Of a stretch of 39,749 bases of DNA, positions 12,025 to 20,288 are shown piece after piece; within the stretch, counting starts at the first letter, position 1; every line of letters starts with the position of its first letter. The translations under genes were made by a program, and so were the position numbers. Origin of the DNA: Cyanophora paradoxa CCMP329 (Eukaryota; Plantae; Glaucophyta); assembly GCA_004431415.1 (NCBI GenBank), contig QPMI01000060.1, positions 1 through 39,749 on the forward strand, written 5' to 3'. The notes under the pieces were generated by a model, which did no database searches, was not told where the DNA came from, and was given only the letters and a program-made list of their open reading frames with translations.

Positions 12025-12687
12025 GCCTGGCGCGGGGGCGCCGCCCCCGCACCCGCCCATTCATTCCTGCCCCGGCCCCGGCCCCCGGCCCCCGGTTCTC
12101 GCCGACTCCCCGGATCCCCGGAATGGGCCCGGATCCGATCCCGAGATCTTGCAAGTTGAACTCTAACGTCGAGACGTCCGAGCGACTCCGCCGGGTCGAT
12201 CGCGAGTCGCCGTCGCTCGCCGACTCTACCCGGACTCCCGGGTCCCGGAGACTGGCCGGAGCCGGGACGTCGACCCGGGAGTCGACCGTCGGAGTCGGTC
12301 GGACCGTCGGACGGCCGCGCGCGGCCGGGCGCCTGCGGGGCCGCGGGCCCGCGGCCCGCGGCCCACGGGGTGCTTGCCAGGCTTGCCCGGCGGGCCGGCG
12401 GCGGCCTGCCCCGTTTCGAATTCGTTTGCGCATGCACACAAAACGACGTCGACAGGCCTACCCTGAGCCTAGCTATAGCTATAGGCCTGAGCCTCGGAGG
12501 TACTAGTAGTAATATAAGGAGTACCCTGGTAGCTATAGGCTGCCGCATGCGCAGTGCTACCCGGGCGCCGGCGGGCCGGGCCGTATACGTAGTACCCTGA
12601 GGTACTACAAATACTAAAGAGGGTCTGGCCCTTTACTTCAAAATTACTTATACCGGTAATTTGGGCGGTAAACAGAGGAACCGGTAT

Positions 12688-13190
12688 CAGTGATGTTATC
12701 ATGATACGGCCGCCCAAAAAGTCATGATATCATTATCATCATCATATCATATCATATCATATCATTATCACTATACAAAGTTCCCGGCGCTGTGAAACAG
12801 TGAAAGTTGCCGCAAAGATGGTCTTTTTGACACGAAAATCGACAGAAGAAGCATAGAGCTGCACTATAATCCTACTCAGACACATCCTCTACATCTGGCG
12901 CTAGCGCTGTGATGGCGATGGGTCGGGGGGGGTACCGGTGGAGGCGCTGTGATGGCAAGAACATCGCTATTTCGGTGCGCTTTCTGCTAAAGATGATGTT
13001 ACTCACTCTCTCGATTACTTATTTAACTCTGCTAAGGTGTTTGGGGCATGAGAAACTCGCGGTTTGGGGGGGTCGAGGGGGGTTCTATCATCATCATGAT
13101 AGCCATGATGACAGGGGGGTCCGTATCATGATGATATCATGCATCATATCATTATCATGATAGGACATCATTATCATGATAACATCACTG
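12688..13190. mobile_element. Non-autonomous hAT-type MITE (503 bp)
   Basis: Perfect 19-bp TIRs CAGTGATGTTATCATGATA (12688-12706 and 13172-13190). Identical 8-bp flanking duplication ACCGGTAT at 12680-12687 and 13191-13198. Subterminal TATCAT/ATGATA repeats. No coding capacity. Confidence 0.93.
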
Positions 13191-13446
13191 ACCGGTATTG
13201 CCTTTAATTTAGTAGGCTCTTAATTTACTCCGAAGTTTACGTTGACTCGGTATTAATATTGTCAGTGAATTTGTACGTAACTACTCGGTAAAAAAAAGGT
13301 AACCCGTCCGAGCAATTATAATTATAATTATATATATAATATATATATGCAGGCCAACCTCGCGCGCTGGCGCGGCAGTGGCGCCGGCGCTGGGCGCCGC
13401 CGCGCCGGCCTGCCGCGGCTGCGGGGTCCGGACGGGTTTTAGGAAA

Positions 13447-13562
13447 GCGACCAATAGGAAAGCGATTGCCGTTGCAAATGGTTTAATTTTTTGTGAGCCA
13501 GAATACGAATTTGCCCAGAAATTGCCTCAGACCAATGGGCTGCTGACAAAGCGACCAATCAT
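13447..13562 (+). promoter_or_regulatory. Cluster of three CCAAT boxes
   Basis: GACCAATAG (CCAAT at 13451), GACCAATGG (13532) and GACCAATCA (13555), all NF-Y-like and in the same orientation. The target gene is unknown. Confidence 0.3.
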
Positions 13563-13599
13563 AAATCGCTGGTTTTAACTGCAAGTTTTTTTGACTAAC

Positions 13600-13651
13600 T
13601 GACACTGTCTGACAGTGCATGAGTGACACTGTCTGACAGTGCATAAGTGAC
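13600..13651. repeat. 24-bp tandem duplication with internal palindrome
   Basis: TGACACTGTCTGACAGTGCAT(G/A)AG x2; each unit contains CACTGTC-T-GACAGTG. Confidence 0.8.
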
Positions 13652-14401
13652 TACCCCGGTAGTGGCAGTCTAGTGGGTCCACTGGGCCACTGCAGCTGCT
13701 CCCCAGTGAGTCCCCACTGAGTCCCCAGCTCACGTCCGACGGTCGTCCTCACTGAGTCAGCCTCACGTACTAGTAGTAGTCTAGTACTACGGTTACGTAG
13801 CCTAGTTAGTTGTACGGACCACAGTACGGTACTATATACGGTATACTACCGTGTACTACGGTAAGACTTATATACCGCGCTGACTTAACTACCGCGCTAG
13901 TGGGCTGCATATGCATATTTATAGTACTAAAAGTTTTGGGGCGATCTACTAAATATTTCCCGCCTGCTAAAGCCGAGAATTTGTAAGGGTAGTCCCGTCT
14001 ACGCCATACAAAAGCCCCGCGAAAACTGACCTACTGAAGATTTACCAGCTGCTAAAGTGGCATTTTTGGCGAAGGACTAATTATTTTCCTGTACTAAATT
14101 AACTAGTTCTCCAGTACTAGTACGCGTTGACAGACGGAATCCGCCGGGACTCCGGCCGCGGCCGAAGCGCGCGACTCGCGGCGCGAGACGTCCCGGTCCG
14201 AGTTGGTCCGACGGTCGACGCGGCAAGAGCTCGCCGAGTCGTCACGGCGTCGACATTTCGCCGAGTCGGTACTACTCGGTAGTCTCGGTACGGCACGTCG
14301 CATCGATATCCCTACGTATACTCGAAGTTCGCCACTGTTACCGGGCCAGCAGGTCAGCACCGGCGGGCCTTGTAGGCTAAGTTGTAGCTGGAGCCTGGAG
14401 C

Positions 14402-16036
14402 ATGGCGCCGGCGCTGCGCGGCAACTCTTCCGCCTGGCGTCCGAGGCTGGCGTCTTGCAGCCGCGGCTGCCGTAGGCGCCATCGTTCTTGTTGTGGCCCT
14501 CGCCGCGGGTACCGTCGCGGCGACATCCTCAAACCGTTCGGCAATCTCTGGCGTGGATGCGCTCGCACGTGCGGAGCAGGGCAGCGATGTCAGCATACGG
14601 AGGCGTCTGCATGAAGATAACAGTACGAACAGTACGAACACTGGCCCCAGTACGAAGACTGGCCCCGAGAAGCTGGCGAAAGACATGGGTTCGTATGACT
14701 CAGCAGAACCAGCCCGCATTTGCGCGGTATAGCGCTGGCGCTAGCGCGCTGAGTTCGTCAGCACGTGTCGGTCGAAAGCTTCCAAAATGCGTAGCGCGTG
14801 CACGCGGTGACTGTACACGTGTTTCTTTGCCGCAGGTCGGAGCGGTGCGCAGGGGCGGCCTGACAAATTCAACTCCACCGGCGAACCCGGAACTAAAGGC
14901 GAGTCTTGGTCATATATATACATCGATCGCATCTGCACATATACATGGAATCAATGAATTGATCATTGAATCACGATCAGCGATTCTGTCTACGTATCCA
15001 TTGGCGACAGGGTATCTAGCTATAACATCATTCTTTCTTCGCTGTCTATCTTTACCTTGTAATCTGTATTCGTAGAACAACCGGCACAGACGGCAACGGA
15101 ACGGACTCTCCTCCGCTCACCGCTGAAAATGGCGGGGGGTACGTTGGTGCGTGCTTGCTGATCATGAGCGGGTATACGTAGGACCTTTAGATTTCAAACA
15201 TTCTTTCATTCTTTGCTCAAAAGAGATCAGGCTCGTGGGCCGCGGAAACCTCGAGATACTACGCCAATGCATTGTTGAGAGGTGTGCAAGTGATTCAGAA
15301 CGGGGCACTCAAGGTGTTTTGCAAAGGCTCGGGAGCTGTCAATCTCGGCTCTTGTATCGCACCCACCGAGTCCTGGTCCAGAGGCCCCCAGCGTGACTGG
15401 TGCGAAAAGCCTTTCGAATTGAAAGGCTTTCACGAAGATTAAATTAAAGCCCTTGTCCAACAGGTATTGGTGCGATCGTAAAGTCTTGCTGCAAATTCTC
15501 CGAATTCTGCCCTGCCGACCTGATCTTGTCTCGTGTTCTCGTATCTTAATTTCATTCGTATGTACCGTGCAGGTGTCAGGTTCGTAACACTCCCTTGCAT
15601 ATCTGTGCTCCGAACTCATAAATATAATCATCCCTCCATAAATATACTCCTTGCATATATATATATATATGTTCATCCCTTGACTCGCGTACGCTCAGAC
15701 GTACACTAACATCCCGGTCAACGCCTCTAGCGTACGTTCGAATATTCTCGCGAAGCATTCTATTTTTCTGTATTCTAAATCAAGAGTAAAGACGATCGGC
15801 GTGCACGTGCACGTGCGAAGGGTTTTACGTTATCTAATTGTAATGCCGGTTTTGCTGTGCAGGTGTAAGTGGCGGGCTACTATGTGCTCGGGCTCGACGT
15901 TGACGTGCAGGGGACGTACGCGTGCACCTGCAGGTATTGGACGATGCACTACGGCCGTTGGACTGCCAGATCAACCGGCGGCCAGTCCTTTTCTGAAACC
16001 GCCTTCACTCAAACCGAGGAGACTGCCACGTACCGG
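14402..16036 (+). CDS. Candidate multi-exon host gene (or pseudogene) for a secreted protein, cut off by the viral insertion
   Basis: Hydrophobic signal-like stretch AAAVGAIVLVVALAAG followed by RRRLHEDNSTNST. AG/GT-bounded open exons include about 15231-15409 (GSWAAETSRYYANALLRGVQVIQNGALKVFCKG...) and about 15869-16036 (VAGYYVLGLDVDVQGTYACTCRYWTMHYGRW...). The ATG at 14402 is out of frame with the signal stretch and the exon phases are not fully reconciled. Confidence 0.35.
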
Positions 16037-16075
16037 GTGGGCTTCGTTCGACATATATAATATATATAGCTACAT

Positions 16076-16170
16076 ACACATATTGAAAAACGAATTTAAA
16101 TCCCTCGTTCATCTCGATCGCTTCGCGATCTCGATTCACTCTGGATTTAAATTCGTTTTTCAATATGTGT
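16076..16170. repeat. Terminal hairpin: perfect 28-bp inverted repeat with internal bubble and mini-hairpin
   Basis: ACACATATTGAAAAACGAATTTAAATCC (16076-16103) is the exact reverse complement of 16143-16170. The centre contains GATCGC-TTC-GCGATC. Confidence 0.9.
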
Positions 16171-16400
16171 TAATTTAATACTAAAATACATATTTATCGA
16201 TTAATTTCTTTAACTTTTTATGCAAACTTTGTATAAATTAATGCAAATTTTGTATTAAAAATGATAAACGCGTTTAATTTAATGCATATTCACGATTGAT
16301 TCAATCGATATAATATCGATAGATTATGTTCTTTGTCGATTACATATATAACTTCGATTGATTAACATTAAACTACTTAAAGAACGATATAATCGCGATT

Positions 16401-16750
16401 AATTCGCATAAATTCGCATAAATTCGCATAAACTCGATATATCTCATCGGTATTGAAGTAGACCACCGCCCATTTTGTATCGGAAAACGCAAAAACTGTC
16501 ACAGAGTTGCATTATGTCCAATTAAACAATCGATGGGATTGCGGATTTACATTTTTGCACCGAAAAAGTGTCACAGAGTTGCATTATGTCCAATTAAACA
16601 ATTGAGAAGATTGCGCGATTTTCTATTGGAATATATCGGAACTGCATCACGTCCAATTAAACAATCGATGGAATTGCGGATTTACATTTTTGCACCGAAA
16701 AAGTGTCACAGAGTTGCATGGTCTCCAATTGAACAATCGATTAGATTGCA
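16401..16750. repeat. Subterminal direct repeats (10-bp x3, then a 72-bp-period repeat)
   Basis: AATTCGCATA x3 at 16401-16430. TGTCACAGAGTTGCATTATGTCCAATTAAACAAT... recurs at 16497 and 16569 (period 72) and again across about 16651-16750. Confidence 0.85.
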
Positions 16751-16862
16751 TATGTTCTATAAAACAGAATAATTGAGATCAAGTGTGACAGGTAGTATTC
16801 AAATGATATTCAGTAAGAGATAGTTTTGTTTTTGAGAAAGTCAGTAAGAGGGGTGGAATGTC

Positions 16863-16987
16863 TGTGACGCCTGTGACGGCTGTGACGCCTGTTTTCAGAA
16901 GTCTGTCATTTTTGAAAATTTTAAAAAGTTTGAAAGTAGGTGTCACAGGCGTCACAGGCGTCACACTCAATTAAATTAGGTGTCACA
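16863..16987. repeat. Inverted-iteron module copy 1 (origin-like)
   Basis: (TGTGACG[C/G]C)x3, then an AT-rich spacer, then (GG[C/T]GTCACA)x3 and CTCAATTAAA. Confidence 0.85.
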
Positions 16988-17144
16988 GCGAAATTGCAGA
17001 CCATTTCCAGTAAGACAACTTCGCATTTTCGGAAAGGTGGATTAATGGATAGTGTTTTGTAGGTGTCAGAGGTGTCACAAGACGGATTTCAGTAAGACAA
17101 GAATATATTTTTGAATATCTCAGTAAGAGAGATAGATTCCATTT

Positions 17145-17298
17145 TTAATTGGGTGTGACGCCTGTGACGGCTGTGACGGCTGTTTTCAGAAGTCTGTCAT
17201 TTTTGAAAATTTTAAAAAGTTTGAAAGTAGGCGTCACAGGCGTCACAGGCGTCACAGTCAATTAAAGAGGCGTCACAGTCAATTAAATAGGTGTCACA
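17145..17298. repeat. Inverted-iteron module copy 2 (origin-like)
   Basis: Near-identical to copy 1, with two extra GTCACA iterons on the right. Confidence 0.85.
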
Positions 17299-17347
17299 AG
17301 ACGGATTTCAGTAAGACCATCTGAAATTCTGAATTTCTCAGTGTCAA

Positions 17348-17749
17348 CTAACTCGGAAATCGCAATACTCTATGTTTCTCCGATTTCTCCAACCCTGAAA
17401 ACACACCTGTTATTCTCTCATCTATCTCATGAGATACTCTCGTGGTTTTCCTCTCTGCTTCTAATCCACAACTGAATATATCAATCGCCAACATACCTTC
17501 ATTTGAGTAACAATGAGCAGTGCAATGGCTCTCATCCAGCAGAAGAACCATTGCAAAACCAGGAGGAGAAATACCACCATCGAAAATCTCGCAATGCTTG
17601 TGAACTACTCGAATACCTTGCTCTTGAATAATAGTTTGCAAGAACTGCATTAACCACCTGGTTGTTGTCTCCAAGTCCTCCATTCCTACTGCTAATTGGG
17701 TTCTGAATTTGTAATCCAGCATCACATGGAAGCCTCGATGAGTATTCAT
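17348..17749 (-). CDS. speD: Prokaryotic-type pyruvoyl S-adenosylmethionine decarboxylase (AdoMetDC family)
   Basis: Intact 133-aa ORF with G-x-H-x-x-x-D near the N-terminus, P-x-G...LLLDESHCTAHCY (E|SH self-cleavage site) and AIDIFSCG. Confidence 0.9.
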   Translation of the reverse strand: MNTHRGFHVMLDYKFRTQLAVGMEDLETTTRWLMQFLQTIIQEQGIRVVHKHCEIFDGGISPPGFAMVLLLDESHCTAHCYSNEGMLAIDIFSCGLEAERKTTRVSHEIDERITGVFSGLEKSEKHRVLRFPS

Positions 17750-17789
17750 TTATGAATAATTTAGAAAAATTAAAAACGCGATTGGTAGA

Positions 17790-17939
17790 ATGCGAACCAT
17801 CTTAGCAAGAGTGCTACCTTATGAGTTGGTGGATATCATTCTGCTGCACTACCACAAGACCTGTCCAAACTGCTTTGACACATGCATAATCACCAAGGGA
17901 AAATGGGGAAGGATTCTCATTTCTCTCTCAAAGATCTAA
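17790..17939 (+). CDS. 49-aa micro-ORF with F-box-like LPxEL motif and CxxC
   Basis: MRTILARVLPYELVDIILLHYHKTCPNCFDTCIITKGKWGRILISLSKI*. Fills the gap between two minus-strand genes; too short for the supplied ORF track. Confidence 0.4.
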   Translation: MRTILARVLPYELVDIILLHYHKTCPNCFDTCIITKGKWGRILISLSKI

Positions 17940-18208
17940 TCGAAATATAATACTACTGGTTTATCATCTATCACGATTCCTGATGTAGTCTTTTTTCTGT
18001 AAGCATGAGAGGATTTCTTGTTGCACTCTCTGCATCCACTTCCCCTTACATGATTAAATGGGTAGGTTTGCAGGATCTTGTTGCATTTGAGGCATCTAAC
18101 AGAGACCTTCTCTTGTGCTTTCTTATAGACTGTCTCACTGTAATCGAATTTAGCATCACCATGAACCATCATTGCAGATTCTATGAATTTCTTTGTTTTA
18201 TCATCCAT
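17936..18208 (-). CDS. Small Zn-ribbon protein resembling the DUF723/CapR-like repeat of phage and giant-virus endonucleases
   Basis: FIESAMMVHGDAKFDYSETVY...KVSVRCLKC...HVRGSGCREC follows the FI..A..VHG..YDYS..Y...KV.I.C....H..G.GC..C pattern; no nuclease domain is visible. Confidence 0.65.
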   Translation of the reverse strand: MDDKTKKFIESAMMVHGDAKFDYSETVYKKAQEKVSVRCLKCNKILQTYPFNHVRGSGCRECNKKSSHAYRKKTTSGIVIDDKPVVLYFD

Positions 18209-18233
18209 TCCTCTCTATATATACCTGAGATTT

Positions 18234-19062
18234 CTATGGAGCAGTATCCTGCCCGAAAATGGGGAAGTATCGATTTGTGCCGTAATATTCTGCATATGTA
18301 TTCTGTCTTGCAATAGCATCGGTTCTCTCAGCATAGAGAATGCATTTGTAGATACCAAATCTGGTGGCTCTCACCAAGAACTGGTAATCTTCAAGACCGA
18401 AATTCACTCCATGATAAGCGATTCCGAAATTGTCATATGGGGTGATCACAACTGCAATATTTGGGGTTCCACCCTCCACTTGACAGACAGCATAAACATC
18501 TGGTGGGATATCGACAACCACCTTGTAGTGGTCACCAATCTCAACAAGAGAATCAACTACTGATGTCTGCTCATTCACAACAATTGGGAAGATCTTTATA
18601 ATATATGGTGCATTCATACTGGGACATAGGTGCGAATTCTGGTGTTGGGATCAATGGGTTGGGTTGATCATTTACGAAAAGAGGCGCACCAACAGCTCCA
18701 CCAATCCGAAGACCATCACCAATATATGCTCCCCCCGTTTTGCAGTTAATAGCTCCCGACCGAGATTCAAAAGAGTAAGTAGAAAGAGGATCACCATAAC
18801 TGTCTGGGTCTCCATAATGGGCAGAAAAGTTTGCATTTGTGACAAGGAGTTTCGTTGTCTTAACTATACCATTATTTTTATCACACCTGAGTTCCTGCAA
18901 TCTCAGTTTATGGGTGGAACCAAAGGTATTCATTGTAGGTTGGACTTCTGTGGATTGGAGACCTTCTACATCATCAAAGGTAGCATGCTGCAAAACGTGA
19001 TTCGCAGGTGCTGCTAATGATAGTTGGGGTGTAATAATTCGTTCTGGTATTGGGGCAGCCAT
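18234..19062 (-). CDS. Putative virion fibre/structural protein, paralog B (one frameshift near 18620)
   Basis: Two overlapping ORFs (18571-19062 and 18234-18617). The N-terminal half aligns by eye with the next gene (ELRCDKNNGIVKTTKLLVTNANF; GGAYIGDG). Confidence 0.55.
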
Positions 19063-19085
19063 TTTACATTAAAGTGATATATAAT

Positions 19086-19940
19086 TTATGGGGTTGGGTC
19101 ATCAATCACATCTGGTTCCTGGTAAAACCCTGTTGTGAAGATATCTGCAACGTTTACCCCTCGAAGTGCCGAAACAGCTGCTATATCTGTCCTCAGTCCC
19201 ATAATCATAGTATTGTAAACTCCAACCTCAGTTACAAACAAATCATAGGTAAATGTCAAATTGTTATAAACACAATATCCTCGACCGAAATGGTTTGATG
19301 CTTGAACAAAGAATAGGTAATTATGACCTGTTTGATTGTTGTTTGCTCTGCACATAGATAGCATTGCTGTGGGAAGCGGAATATTTCTTCTTACTCGATC
19401 AGTTCCTGTTATAATAACCAATTCCGAATTTTCAAGAGTGACAGAGGAAGCAACATAGAAATGTAGAAAAGGTTGCTGTGCAACTGGTGTATAGAAACGT
19501 ATTCGTTGGGGATTCTCTACATTTTGTTCAAGAGTATCTGGGACATCATTATACGAAACTGATGAAGAGAGTTGTCCTGAAACACGACAACCACCACCAA
19601 TAAATGCTCCTCCTGATCTCACAGTAACAGCAGCAGAATTCTTGTCGAAATCGAGGGCTTTCAGATCAACACTGTAAGCATCAGGACCTCCATTAGTAGG
19701 TTGAAAGAAATTCGCATTTGAGACAAGGAGTCGAGTTGTTTTAACCACACCAGAATTCTTGTCTGCTCTCAGTTCTTTAACTCGAATAATCGAATTCTTA
19801 TCAAATGAGTTACCATTGGAATTGGGTCTCTCTGTGGATTCTAAACCACGAACCTCATCATTAACTTCATGCTGGCGAAAGTGCATAGCAGGGGATCCAA
19901 GGGAATATATTGGAAGTTGAACTCGATTATATTCACCCAT
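19086..19940 (-). CDS. Putative virion fibre/structural protein, paralog A
   Basis: Intact ORF (alternative start 19979). Contains ELRADKNSGVVKTTRLLVSNANF and SAAVTVRSGGAFIGGG, which resembles GA-x-V-x-GG-x-x-IGG repeats of large DNA virus fibres. Confidence 0.6.
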   Translation of the reverse strand: MGEYNRVQLPIYSLGSPAMHFRQHEVNDEVRGLESTERPNSNGNSFDKNSIIRVKELRADKNSGVVKTTRLLVSNANFFQPTNGGPDAYSVDLKALDFDKNSAAVTVRSGGAFIGGGCRVSGQLSSSVSYNDVPDTLEQNVENPQRIRFYTPVAQQPFLHFYVASSVTLENSELVIITGTDRVRRNIPLPTAMLSMCRANNNQTGHNYLFFVQASNHFGRGYCVYNNLTFTYDLFVTEVGVYNTMIMGLRTDIAAVSALRGVNVADIFTTGFYQEPDVIDDPTP

Positions 19941-19979
19941 TGCTTCTTTTACTAAGAAGGAAAGAAAAATAAACACCAT

Positions 19980-20285
19980 TCAAGCCAAAGCAATTAGATT
20001 GGATCCAAGAGATTGGTAAGCGGTTGTTAGACATTGGATGTTGGATGTCATCGCTTTGAGGTTAGAATCACATTCACCATATTTTGTTACTGGGTCACCA
20101 GAAGCCGATTGCGCAAGGACATTAACCAAAAGGTTTTTATATTCATGAACAACCGGTGACAGTTTGTTGGTTTGCTGTATCGTTTTTTCGACAGTTTGTA
20201 GTGCGTTTACAAGGGTGATTGTATCGAAAGAAAGCGCAACAGGCTCAGTAGAATAGGTGGTTCCACCAAGTGGATAGGTTGCCAT
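19980..20285 (-). CDS. Hypothetical viral protein (101 aa)
   Basis: ATG-initiated ORF tightly packed between neighbours, preceded by TAAATG. Confidence 0.6.
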   Translation of the reverse strand: MATYPLGGTTYSTEPVALSFDTITLVNALQTVEKTIQQTNKLSPVVHEYKNLLVNVLAQSASGDPVTKYGECDSNLKAMTSNIQCLTTAYQSLGSNLIALA

Positions 20286-20288
20286 TTA

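Noticed and set aside
50-12600. Dozens of long Arg/Pro/Gly/Ala-rich ORFs in the supplied track
   Set aside because: Artefacts of very high GC content and intron read-through; the real proteins emerge only after splicing.
13604-13642. CACTGTC/GACAGTG as RSS heptamer or Transib ends
   Set aside because: Mismatch at the critical CAC position, and no properly spaced nonamer, TSD or transposase.
12505-13780. AGTAGT runs (12505, 13772) as a canonical Polinton left terminus
   Set aside because: They lie in generally TpA-rich DNA, and intron-containing host-like sequence follows before the viral genes; the 16076 boundary fits better.
16497-16750. 72-bp repeats as a CRISPR array
   Set aside because: The intervening sequences are themselves repeated rather than unique spacers; no cas genes; eukaryotic viral context.
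16533-16970. ORFs 16533-16772 and 16779-16970
   Set aside because: Translations of the DNA repeats (for example VTPVTPVTP); no sign of real coding.
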